Source: a virus
Reading direction: 5' to 3' (one strand)
DNA: 64,000 nucleotides
IMG/VR virus record: IMGVR_UViG_3300030098_000945
Span: 5,713 to 69,712 of that record
Position numbers and translations under genes: made by a program. The notes below the pieces were generated by a model, which did not search any database, had not been told where the DNA came from, and saw only the letters and a list, made by a program, of their open reading frames with translations. This document shows positions 34,820-44,540 of the stretch, piece by piece (the stretch's first letter is position 1; each line of letters starts with the position of its first letter).

Positions 34820-37588
34820 ATGCCTAAACAACTTTTAAGCATACCGAGCTTTACGGCTGGGGAGCTTTCATCCTCTATGGAGGGTAGAACAGATTTTGCC
34901 AAATACTTTAATGGCGCAAGCAACATTGAAAATTTTGTTGTATTACCACATGGTCCAGTAACGAGACGACCAGGTACTTATTTTGTTTCTGAAGTTAAAA
35001 CATCTGCTAATTCAACAAGATTAATTCCATTTTCATTTTCAACTGAACAAACTTACGTTTTAGAATTTGGTAATCAATATATTCGTTTCTTTAAAGACAA
35101 CGGACAAATTACAGAAGGTAATAAAACTATTACTGCAATAACTTCTGCTAATCCAGCCGTGGTTACATCTAGCTCGCATGGTTATTCTAATGGAGATTTT
35201 GTAAATATTTCTGGCGTTGTAGGAATGACGGAAGTAAATGGTAAAACATTTAAAGTAGCTGACAAAACTACTAACACCTTTGAATTACAAGACGTTGATG
35301 GTAATGATATTAATTCATCTGGCTACACATCTTATTCATCTGGTGGAGTTGCCAATAAAATTTATCAAATAACAACTGAATATACGACAGCTCAACTTTT
35401 CGATTTAAAATTCGCACAATCCGCAGACGTTATGTATATCTGCCACAACTCTCACGAAGTAATGAAACTTTCAAGAACGGGTCATACTTCCTGGACATTA
35501 ACAGAAGTAGATTTTGGAACTAAGGGACCCTACATGGATGCCAATACTACGGCAACTACTTTAACTCCAGCATCATCAGGTACGGGAACGGGTGTTAATA
35601 TTACAGCTAGTGCTATAGTTGGTATTAATGGTGGTACAGGATTTCAAACTACAGATGTTGGCAGAATAATAAAATTTAATGGTGGCGAAGCAAAGATAAC
35701 GGCTAGAACAAATACTACAGTTGTAGTCTGTACGATTACAGATGCTTTTACCAATACCGATGCCACAGCATCTTTTCAACTTGGTTCCTTTTCAGATACC
35801 ACGGGTCATCCAGCTTGCGTTTCTTTCTTTGAACAAAGATTAGTATTTGCTGCAACAACCGATCAACCCCAAACAATGTTTTTCTCAAAATCTGGAGATT
35901 ATGAGAATATGACATCTGGTACAGACGCTGACGATGCTATGGTTTATACTATTGCATCAAATCAAGTTAATGCGATTAAATCTTTAAAAGCAACAAGAAC
36001 TTTAATTTGTATGACAACCGGTGGCGAATATGCCGTTAGTTCTGGTTCTTCACAAGATGCTATTACTCCAACAAATATAAATATTAGAAAACAATCAAAC
36101 TATGGTTCAGCGGGAGTGGATGCTTTATCTATTGGTAACGCAACTATTTTCTTACAACGTGCTAAAAGGAAAGTGAGAGAGCTTGCTTATAACTTTGATA
36201 CTGATGGTTATGTTGCACCAGACTTAACAATTTTGGCGGATCATATAACAGAAAGTGGCGTTGTGCAAATGGATTATCAACAAGAACCATATTCTGTTGT
36301 TTGGGGAGTTAGAACAGATGGAGTATTATCTGGTTTAACTTATAATAGATTAGAAAATGTTGTTGCCTGGCACAGACATATTATTGGTGGTAAATCAGAC
36401 ACAACAAAAAACATTATTCATCAACAAATTTCTTTTACATCAAATACAACAATAGTTAATACAACTAACAACACCATAACTTTAACATCACACGGATTAT
36501 CTACTGGCGATCCAGTTTATTATTACGCAGCTAGTAATGCGATTGGTGGTTTAAATAATTCAACATTATATTTTGCTATCGCATCTGATAGTAATACAAT
36601 CAAATTAGCAACAACCGCATCTAACGCTACTGCGGGAACTGCCATATCTTTTACATCTGCTCCTAGTTCAGACACAACTCAATACATTTATCAAGGTGTT
36701 AATATTTCATCTAATTTTATTTATTCAGCTTCTCATGGTTTTACTACTGGGGATATTTTTTATTATGATAACACGGGAACTGCTATTGGTGGTTTGTCTG
36801 AAAATACAAAATACTACATTGAAAAAATAGACGACAATCAATTTAAACTTTATACAAATAAAACTTTATCTACTGTTGTTAGTTTAACTTCAGCTCATAC
36901 ATCAGAGCAAACAGATAATATTTTAACTCATGCTAAAGTAGAAAGTGTTGCTGTTATTGATGGCGATGCAGATGAAGATCAAGTTTGGGTTATTGTTAAA
37001 AGATGGATTAATGGTGCTGTAAGAAGATATGTGGAATATTTTACACCATTTGATTTCAATGAAGATTTAACTGCATTTCATTATTTAGATAGTGGTTTAA
37101 GTTATACGGGAGATTTAACTTCAAGTCTTTCTGGTTTAGATCATTTAGAAGGAGAAGTAGTTGACATCATTGGCGAAGGTTCAGCACAAAACTCAAAAAC
37201 AGTTTCAAGTGGAGCCATTACAATAACCAATGCTACTGAACAAGCTAAAGTTGGATTGTTATATACATCTGATTTACAAACAATGAGATTAGACGAAGGT
37301 TATACAGAAACAACTCAAACTAAGACTAAAAGAATTTACGACTTATCAGTTAGATTTCAAAATACAGTTGGCGCAAGCGTTGGACCCAATGCTGCCAATC
37401 TAACTTCTATAGATTTCAGATCTAGTGGATCTCCTATGGATTTACCCATTCCATTATTTACTGGAGATAAATCTGTTGAATTTGATACCGGATATGGAAC
37501 TGAAGGATTAGTTTATATCCAACAACCACAAGCATTACCTATGACGATCCTAGGAATATATCCAAGATTGGAGACAGAAAGTGTCTAA
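34820..37588 (+). CDS. Tail tubular protein B (nozzle) with inserted FCCH-like domains
   Basis: FTAGELS, RRPGT, FFEQRL, AWHRH; inserts HGYSNGD, HGLSTGD, HGFTTGD. Confidence 0.88.
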   Translation: MPKQLLSIPSFTAGELSSSMEGRTDFAKYFNGASNIENFVVLPHGPVTRRPGTYFVSEVKTSANSTRLIPFSFSTEQTYVLEFGNQYIRFFKDNGQITEGNKTITAITSANPAVVTSSSHGYSNGDFVNISGVVGMTEVNGKTFKVADKTTNTFELQDVDGNDINSSGYTSYSSGGVANKIYQITTEYTTAQLFDLKFAQSADVMYICHNSHEVMKLSRTGHTSWTLTEVDFGTKGPYMDANTTATTLTPASSGTGTGVNITASAIVGINGGTGFQTTDVGRIIKFNGGEAKITARTNTTVVVCTITDAFTNTDATASFQLGSFSDTTGHPACVSFFEQRLVFAATTDQPQTMFFSKSGDYENMTSGTDADDAMVYTIASNQVNAIKSLKATRTLICMTTGGEYAVSSGSSQDAITPTNINIRKQSNYGSAGVDALSIGNATIFLQRAKRKVRELAYNFDTDGYVAPDLTILADHITESGVVQMDYQQEPYSVVWGVRTDGVLSGLTYNRLENVVAWHRHIIGGKSDTTKNIIHQQISFTSNTTIVNTTNNTITLTSHGLSTGDPVYYYAASNAIGGLNNSTLYFAIASDSNTIKLATTASNATAGTAISFTSAPSSDTTQYIYQGVNISSNFIYSASHGFTTGDIFYYDNTGTAIGGLSENTKYYIEKIDDNQFKLYTNKTLSTVVSLTSAHTSEQTDNILTHAKVESVAVIDGDADEDQVWVIVKRWINGAVRRYVEYFTPFDFNEDLTAFHYLDSGLSYTGDLTSSLSGLDHLEGEVVDIIGEGSAQNSKTVSSGAITITNATEQAKVGLLYTSDLQTMRLDEGYTETTQTKTKRIYDLSVRFQNTVGASVGPNAANLTSIDFRSSGSPMDLPIPLFTGDKSVEFDTGYGTEGLVYIQQPQALPMTILGIYPRLETESV

Positions 37589-38033
37589 AGTTGAGATAAT
37601 TCCTTTTGAAAATGAACACGCACATTACATTTTAAGTCAACCCTTAAATAGTAAGTTTTTAGAATTAAGACCAGAACATAAAAAGTATGGTTATTTTTTA
37701 AAAGAAGTTGGGATGTCGTTCACGGGTATTGTCAATAACAAACCCATAGCGGCTGGAGGAGTGTTTCCACTCTGGGATGGCGTTGCCGAAGGGTGGGTCT
37801 TGGCAACAGAAGAAATAAATAACTATCCAATAACGTTTGCAAGAGTTATGAAGCAAAGAACTGACATGATGATAAAAAATAATTTAATTAAAAGATTACA
37901 AACTAGCGTTAAAGCAGATTGCGATTTGGCAATCCGTTTTGCTAAGTGGTTAGGTTTAAAAGAAGAAGGTTTAATGAAAGGTTATGGTCCAGACGGATCG
38001 GACTTTTATAGATTTGCGAGGATTATAGTATGA
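37581..38033 (+). CDS. GNAT-fold virion protein (T7 gp13-like)
   Basis: AGG...W.GV.EGW, RFAKWLG..EG. Confidence 0.75.
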   Translation: MSKVEIIPFENEHAHYILSQPLNSKFLELRPEHKKYGYFLKEVGMSFTGIVNNKPIAAGGVFPLWDGVAEGWVLATEEINNYPITFARVMKQRTDMMIKNNLIKRLQTSVKADCDLAIRFAKWLGLKEEGLMKGYGPDGSDFYRFARIIV

Positions 38034-38470
38034 GTTTTTTTGGTGCATTAATTGGTGGAAAAGCTGCTCAAGCAGCAGCAAATTATAATGCAGCTCTTAT
38101 GGAAAGAGATGCACAGATTAAAGAACAAGAAGCAAAAGCTGGTTATGCTGTTTATACCAAATTTGATTTACCAAGATTTAACGATAACGCAGAAAAATTA
38201 AGGGGTCAAATCGTTACAAATTATGCAACATCTGGCGTTGCTTATTCTGGTTCTGTTTTAGAAACTTTAATGGAGAATGAATTAAATTTAGAAAGAGACA
38301 GAGACATGATGAAATATAATGCTGAAGTTGCTAGAGATCAAAAATACAACGAAGCAATTAATCAAAGAGCAGAAGCAAACATAGAAAGATACAGAGGTGC
38401 TGTTGCAAGAAAAGTATCTTACTACCAAGCTGGACAAAGTTTATTATCAACTGCTGGAATGTTCGTATAG
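38030..38470 (+). CDS. Small internal virion protein (gp14-like)
   Basis: Ala-rich helical, A.SGV..SGS. Confidence 0.7.
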   Translation: MSFFGALIGGKAAQAAANYNAALMERDAQIKEQEAKAGYAVYTKFDLPRFNDNAEKLRGQIVTNYATSGVAYSGSVLETLMENELNLERDRDMMKYNAEVARDQKYNEAINQRAEANIERYRGAVARKVSYYQAGQSLLSTAGMFV

Positions 38471-38477
38471 GAGAAAC

Positions 38478-40670
38478 ATGGCAATAAAAATATATCAAAC
38501 ACAAATTAGACCAACAACTGAAGTTAAGGAAAGAGCATCAACTCCTGGTATGAAAATATCATTAGATACTGCTGCCGCTCCTGGCAGAGCTTTTGGTAAT
38601 ATGATGGCTGCTGGCGAAAAACTTTATGTAAAATACGAACAACAAAAATCTGAAAATGAAGTTATTGAAGCTGGTAAAAATATAGATGAAAATATTATTT
38701 CAGATCATCCAACTGGAGGATCTTCTTATTCTAAAAAAGGATTAGGTACTACTGTTAATGAATTGTCTGAAAGTACAAAACCTGATGAAGCATTAACATC
38801 ATATAAATTAGCTTGGCAAGCAGAATACGATAGAATTTTACCAACTCTTAAAGGTAAATTTTCTAAACAATTATTTAAAAATTATATGAATAAAAGATTT
38901 ATTAGTGAATCTGGTTCCATAAGAGATAAGACTTTTGTTAATTTTAGAAATGAATCAAGAGTTTTAAAAATAAATGAATTAGATAATATTACAAAAAGAT
39001 TATCAAATAATGAAAAAGGCACATTACCTCATAATCAAGCATTAATTGACTTTAATGCTTTTTTTTCATCACAAAGTAATTATGATTTATTTGGCGATAA
39101 ATTTAAACAATTAGAATTTCAAACTTTAAATAATATTGATGTTTTAAAAATTCAAGCTGATTTAAGTAAAGATGCTAAAGCAACTTTAAAAAAATTTAAT
39201 GCTGGAGAATATAAAAATTTAGATACAGAAAATCATACAAGGTTAAAAAATAAAATTACTTTAGCTGCACAACAACAAGCTTTAGGAGAAATAGGTAGTG
39301 ATGAAGAAAGAGCTAAATTAGGATTGGAAAGTAAAGTTGATTTATCAGAAAATTTAAAATTATTTGAGGGATATGAAACTTATAAAGATGTTAAATTAGC
39401 TGTTGATGTAAATAATTATGTTAGAGGAGCAGTATCACAAGTACATACCTCAAAACAATCTGATTTAGCACAAATTAAATTATACGAATTAAAGGGTACT
39501 GGAGACGAAATTGCAGCAAAAAGAAAAGCTAATGTAGTTATACAAAATGCTATTTCAGAAAGAATAAAAGCAGTTAAAGAAAATGATATAGTTGGTTATA
39601 TAAATAAGATTGATCCAGAATTAGCAGACTTAGATAATAGAATCCAAAATTCAAATGACGAAGAAACTATAAAATCTTTAATCAAAGAAAAAAAATTATT
39701 ATTAGATCAAAAATTTATTGAACTTGATATAGAAGAAAGCAAACAATTTTATTTAAGTAAATCAGAAGTTCAAGCAGCTGTCTTAACAATTACATCTCCA
39801 GACAAAATATGGCAAGAAAAGAAAGCAACCTTATTAAATTTTGGAGAATTGTATGGCAAGGAGAACTTACCTCAAATTATGAAACAAATGGCTGGAGAAA
39901 ACTTACCAGAGCATTTTGTTATAGCAATGAGTACCAATAGTTCTGCTTTAAACCAGGATATTTTACAATCTCATGACATTAAAGATTTAGAAAAAAATGC
40001 TTTAAATGAAACATCTGCATCAAAAAAAGATATTACAAAAAGAATAGCAAACAATCTTGAAAAATGGGAAGAGGTTATTGAAAATCAAAATTTAGGAACT
40101 GAGGATGCTATTAAATATAAAGCAATGGTAGAAAAAACTTTATATAGAGTAGCTCTTTTAAGAATAGATAATGATAAAAATAATGATTGGAATAAAGCAG
40201 TTGATAGTGCAACAGATCAATTTTTAAGTGATTATTCAATAGCTCCAGAAAAAACTTATTTTATTCCCCAAGATGTAAATGGAAAATTTGTTAATCAAGG
40301 AATTGTTCAAACAAAATCTGAAGCAATTAAATTAGATGTTGAAGAAGGAAGTTATTTAGATAATTTTATGGGAAAAGATGGTTATCAACATTATGCAAGT
40401 AATAGCGATATTGATGGAGTATCAAAAGAAGATATAGATATTAGAGTTAAAAGTGCAATTCAAAATAATAATATGTGGTTATTAAATGATACTTCTACTG
40501 GTTTAGTTTTACATTTTACTTGGTTTGATGGAACTAAAGTTCCAGTAGTAAATAGCTCTGGACAAAAAATTGAATTTAATTTTTTAGATACAGATTACAA
40601 TGCACCAGGTACAAAAACTCCTTTAACTGTCATTGAAACTTACGATGTATTTGAGGAGCCAAGCGCATAA
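38478..40670 (+). CDS. Internal virion (ejection) protein
   Basis: SD GGAG then MAIKIY; position in the module. Confidence 0.7.
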   Translation: MAIKIYQTQIRPTTEVKERASTPGMKISLDTAAAPGRAFGNMMAAGEKLYVKYEQQKSENEVIEAGKNIDENIISDHPTGGSSYSKKGLGTTVNELSESTKPDEALTSYKLAWQAEYDRILPTLKGKFSKQLFKNYMNKRFISESGSIRDKTFVNFRNESRVLKINELDNITKRLSNNEKGTLPHNQALIDFNAFFSSQSNYDLFGDKFKQLEFQTLNNIDVLKIQADLSKDAKATLKKFNAGEYKNLDTENHTRLKNKITLAAQQQALGEIGSDEERAKLGLESKVDLSENLKLFEGYETYKDVKLAVDVNNYVRGAVSQVHTSKQSDLAQIKLYELKGTGDEIAAKRKANVVIQNAISERIKAVKENDIVGYINKIDPELADLDNRIQNSNDEETIKSLIKEKKLLLDQKFIELDIEESKQFYLSKSEVQAAVLTITSPDKIWQEKKATLLNFGELYGKENLPQIMKQMAGENLPEHFVIAMSTNSSALNQDILQSHDIKDLEKNALNETSASKKDITKRIANNLEKWEEVIENQNLGTEDAIKYKAMVEKTLYRVALLRIDNDKNNDWNKAVDSATDQFLSDYSIAPEKTYFIPQDVNGKFVNQGIVQTKSEAIKLDVEEGSYLDNFMGKDGYQHYASNSDIDGVSKEDIDIRVKSAIQNNNMWLLNDTSTGLVLHFTWFDGTKVPVVNSSGQKIEFNFLDTDYNAPGTKTPLTVIETYDVFEEPSA

Positions 40671-41956
40671 TGATTAATGTTGGTTTCGGACAATTTGAAA
40701 AATCAAAAGAAGAGATAGGAGCTACATTTAATAATTTATCTGTAGGTTTTTTTGAGGCACAAAAATCAAATATAGTTAATACTTGGAATTACAATCCTAC
40801 TTATTCTTTATGGAGAAAAGGAGAAGAGTTATCAGCTTATAATCAAGATAACACTTTAGTTGATAGAAATGAATTAAACGAAAAATATGGAAAACTTGGT
40901 TTAAATTTTAAAGAAGATACTAGACAATCTGTTGTTGATTATTTAGTTAAAAGAAAAGAATTAGAAATAGAAAGAGCTAATAAAGTTGCTAGGGGACCAC
41001 AAAATTTGTGGGCTAAAGGTTCTTATTTTTTAACTTCTTTAGCAACAAGTTTTGCAGATCCCATTAACATTGGTGCATCTTTCGTTCCTGTAATCGGTCA
41101 AGGAAAATTTGCAGCTATGGTTGCAAAATCTGGAAAAAATATAGCAAGATTAAAAAAAGGTGCAGTAGAGGGTTTCGTTGGAAACTTAGCTGTTGAGCCA
41201 ATAGTTTATGGAGTACATAGATCTCAACAATCCGATTACGATCAATACGATGCTTTTATAAATGTTGCAGCTGGTGGATTAATTGGTGCTAAATTTCATT
41301 TTGCCTTTGGTAGATTAGGAGATTATATGGCAAAAGTACAAGGTAAGCCAAATATTTACCAAAGATTAGCTGCAATTTCTCCAGAGCATCAACAAGCTTT
41401 ATTAAAATATACTGTTGGCAAACATATTAGAGGAGAAAAAGTAGATACTGGAGATTTAATTGTAAATAAATCAAGAACAGGAGATAAACAATTAAATCAA
41501 TTAGACGATCAAATTTCAGAATTTAAAACTTTATATGCAAATGCTATTAAAAAAGGAGATAGAAAATCTGCTAAAATTTATTTACAAAATTTAAGAAATT
41601 TACAAAGAACAGAAAGACAAATATTTGAAGCTAAGAAAAAAGCAAACGATCAAGCATTAGAAAAAGAAAGAGCAAATTTAAAAGTTAGAGATGATACAAC
41701 AAACATAGCAAGGGAAGAGTTAAACCTTAAAGAAAAAAATACTACTGAACTTGAAGCAGAAGCAGAAAATTTAAATCAAAGACAAAAATTACATCAAAAA
41801 CAATTAGACGTTAAAGATGAAGATTTAGACGAAATAGATATTGGTTTAAAAAGTGATAGAGCGGAAATAGATAAAATAGATAATAACATTAAAAATAAAA
41901 CAACAATTAGAAACGCAATAAAAGCTGGAGCTAATTGTGTCAAAAGAGGAACTTAA
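40670..41956 (+). CDS. Internal virion protein lacking the RelA/SpoT domain
   Basis: Hydrophobic DP.N region and C-terminal C-V like 1459-3972, but half the length. Confidence 0.7.
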   Translation: MINVGFGQFEKSKEEIGATFNNLSVGFFEAQKSNIVNTWNYNPTYSLWRKGEELSAYNQDNTLVDRNELNEKYGKLGLNFKEDTRQSVVDYLVKRKELEIERANKVARGPQNLWAKGSYFLTSLATSFADPINIGASFVPVIGQGKFAAMVAKSGKNIARLKKGAVEGFVGNLAVEPIVYGVHRSQQSDYDQYDAFINVAAGGLIGAKFHFAFGRLGDYMAKVQGKPNIYQRLAAISPEHQQALLKYTVGKHIRGEKVDTGDLIVNKSRTGDKQLNQLDDQISEFKTLYANAIKKGDRKSAKIYLQNLRNLQRTERQIFEAKKKANDQALEKERANLKVRDDTTNIAREELNLKEKNTTELEAEAENLNQRQKLHQKQLDVKDEDLDEIDIGLKSDRAEIDKIDNNIKNKTTIRNAIKAGANCVKRGT

Positions 41957-44442
41957 TGGCTAAAAAAAATCCTACAGTTAAAACAATAAGCAAATGTTTT
42001 AAAGAAGTTAAAAGATTAACTGGAGATTTATTACCAGATGAACAAATAAATAATATTCTTGATGAAGTTAAAATTAAAATTAACGAAAGAAAATTTCAAA
42101 GTTTAGAAGAGCAAACGGAAGATTTAATTGCCGATGGTGTAGCAAGTAAATTAGAATATGAACAAGCTCTTAAAAAAAGAAATTTAGCTGAAAATAATAT
42201 TAAAGCTTTAGAGATTGCAGAAAAAGTAATTGATGCAGTAGCATTATCAGAGGGAAAATTAACACCTAAAAAAGCATTAATGGGAATACTTGTTGGTATT
42301 CAAGAATTTTCTACTTTAGCCAGAAATTCCATTGGTTCAAAACAAGATACTATCGAGGTAGTTGAATTAACAAGATTATATCAAGCCATAAAAGATTTAG
42401 GCGATAATGTGTGGGATGATTTTACCGATGGAATTTTTGATTTAGAGATAAAACAAGCAATGTTAGGAGAAACAGTTGTAAATGAAAATGCTTTAGTAAT
42501 TTCTAAAATTTTAAAAAAATTTCAAAATGATTGGCGAACAAGGTTAAATGATTTAGGAGCCAACATTGCAGAGCTTGACGATTGGATTACGAGACAATGG
42601 CATAATACAGAAAAAATGGCTAATGCAAGCAAACGTCTAAAAACTGTAGGGGAAAACAGAGTAGCTTGGAGAGAATATATTAAACCAAGATTAGATATTG
42701 AAAGAACTTTTCCCGATGTTGGAGATCCAGGAAAAGTAGATGAAATTTTAGATGGTATCTATAACAGTTTAATGGCTAACGATCATTTAAAACATGGAGG
42801 AACTAACAGTATTTATGGAACTAGAAATGTTGCAAATAGATTAAACGCATCAAGAGTTTTACATTTTAAAGATGCAACGGCTAGACACGAATACGATTTA
42901 GAATTTGGAGAACCATCATTAAAAGAAAGCGTAATGGCAGTTTTAAGTAATTCTGCAAGAAACATAGCTTTAATGCAAGAGCTTGGAACTAACCCACAAG
43001 CTACTTTTGAAAAAGCTTTAGCAATTTTAAGAAAAACATACAAAAATCAAGATCATAAAATAACTAAAGATTTAAATTTTCATATTTTTAAAAATGAATT
43101 TTCAGAAATTGATGGTTCAATTAATGGTGTAGGAAATGCTGTTATGGCAAAAGTCGGTATGACAGTTAGAGCTATACAAACAATGGGTAAATTAGGTTTT
43201 GCGGCTCCAACATCTATAGCAGATTTGGGTCAGTATATGAGTACCTCTAATTTCCAAGGTAGAGGTTTTTTACATGGTTTATTTGAAGCAATGGGTGCTT
43301 TATTTAAAACACAAGATAAAGCTGCAATGGAATCTTTAGGAGTTATGAGTAATTCCATACACTCTTTTATGGGTAATAAATTTGGTTCAAGTAGCGATAC
43401 CTGGGGAGCGATGGGAAAACTACAAAATATGTTTTTTAAATACAATAGTTTGAACAGATGGATTTCAAGTTTAAAATCTGGAATGACGATTGGTTTAGCT
43501 CGTCATTATGGAATGTTAGCTGATACTAAATGGGGTAGTTTAAAAGTTAGAGAAAGAAATTTATTAAAACTTTATGGTTTTGATGAGGGTAAATGGGATA
43601 TGTTGCGTTCCATTAAAACTTTAGATGTTGAAGATAGAAGATATATGACAGCTGAAATGGTTAATGAAATTTCAGATGAATCAATTATTAATTATACTGG
43701 AAAAAAATTAAGTCAAAGAGAAATTAGAAATTTTAAAAGAGATTTAGAAATGACTTGGCGTAATGTTTTAGTAGATCAAGCTATGCACGGAACACCAGAA
43801 CCAGATACAGCAGTTAGATCTATTATGAACCAAGGATTAAGAAAAGGAACTGGAATGGGAGAGGTAATAAGATTTATCGGTCAATTTAAAGCTTTTCCAG
43901 TTTCTATTTGGAAAAAGGTAGTGGGTAGAGAATTAAAATCTTATGGTCCCGATGATAGCGGTTTATCAAGATTTACTGGTCTAGGTGCTAATTTAATTTT
44001 AGCAACCATGTTTGGTTATATTGCAATGTCAGTTAAAGATATGCTTAAAGGAAGATCCCCAAGAGATCCATCAAATCCAGGCGTTGTTAAACAAGCTTTA
44101 TTGCAAGGTGGAGGTTTAGGTATTTATGGAGATTTTATTGTTGGAAATTTAAAAAATGAGTATGGCGGTGGAAAATGGGATAGTATTATGGGACCCACAG
44201 CTGGAGATATTTCTAAAATTATAGGAATTGTAGAAAATGTAAATAAACCACAAAAAGCTGGTAAGAAATTTTTGCAATTTGCCGAAGGAAATATACCTTT
44301 TTTAAATATGTATTATTCGAAAGCTGCCTACGACTACTTAATAGGTTACCAAATCAAAGAAATGCTAGATCCTGGTTTCTTTGAGAGAATGAGGGATAGA
44401 CATGAGGAACAACGGGGTCAAACTTATTATTTTAAACCATAA
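41956..44442 (+). CDS. Large internal virion (ejection) protein
   Basis: RVLHFK and GGGLGIYGDF; distant homologue of 3969-6506. Confidence 0.75.
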   Translation: MAKKNPTVKTISKCFKEVKRLTGDLLPDEQINNILDEVKIKINERKFQSLEEQTEDLIADGVASKLEYEQALKKRNLAENNIKALEIAEKVIDAVALSEGKLTPKKALMGILVGIQEFSTLARNSIGSKQDTIEVVELTRLYQAIKDLGDNVWDDFTDGIFDLEIKQAMLGETVVNENALVISKILKKFQNDWRTRLNDLGANIAELDDWITRQWHNTEKMANASKRLKTVGENRVAWREYIKPRLDIERTFPDVGDPGKVDEILDGIYNSLMANDHLKHGGTNSIYGTRNVANRLNASRVLHFKDATARHEYDLEFGEPSLKESVMAVLSNSARNIALMQELGTNPQATFEKALAILRKTYKNQDHKITKDLNFHIFKNEFSEIDGSINGVGNAVMAKVGMTVRAIQTMGKLGFAAPTSIADLGQYMSTSNFQGRGFLHGLFEAMGALFKTQDKAAMESLGVMSNSIHSFMGNKFGSSSDTWGAMGKLQNMFFKYNSLNRWISSLKSGMTIGLARHYGMLADTKWGSLKVRERNLLKLYGFDEGKWDMLRSIKTLDVEDRRYMTAEMVNEISDESIINYTGKKLSQREIRNFKRDLEMTWRNVLVDQAMHGTPEPDTAVRSIMNQGLRKGTGMGEVIRFIGQFKAFPVSIWKKVVGRELKSYGPDDSGLSRFTGLGANLILATMFGYIAMSVKDMLKGRSPRDPSNPGVVKQALLQGGGLGIYGDFIVGNLKNEYGGGKWDSIMGPTAGDISKIIGIVENVNKPQKAGKKFLQFAEGNIPFLNMYYSKAAYDYLIGYQIKEMLDPGFFERMRDRHEEQRGQTYYFKP

Positions 44443-44449
44443 AAAAGGA

Positions 44450-44521
44450 TAGACAGTATAGACATTTTTAAATATAGAGAAACATATAGTAGGATTATAA
44501 CGCCTACAAAATACATTTCTC
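44450..44521 (+). promoter_or_regulatory. Tail-fibre leader: TAGACA-N17-TATAGA plus inverted repeat
   Basis: Counterpart of 6510-6580. Confidence 0.55.
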
Positions 44522-44540
44522 ACAACAACTTATAAAAATT

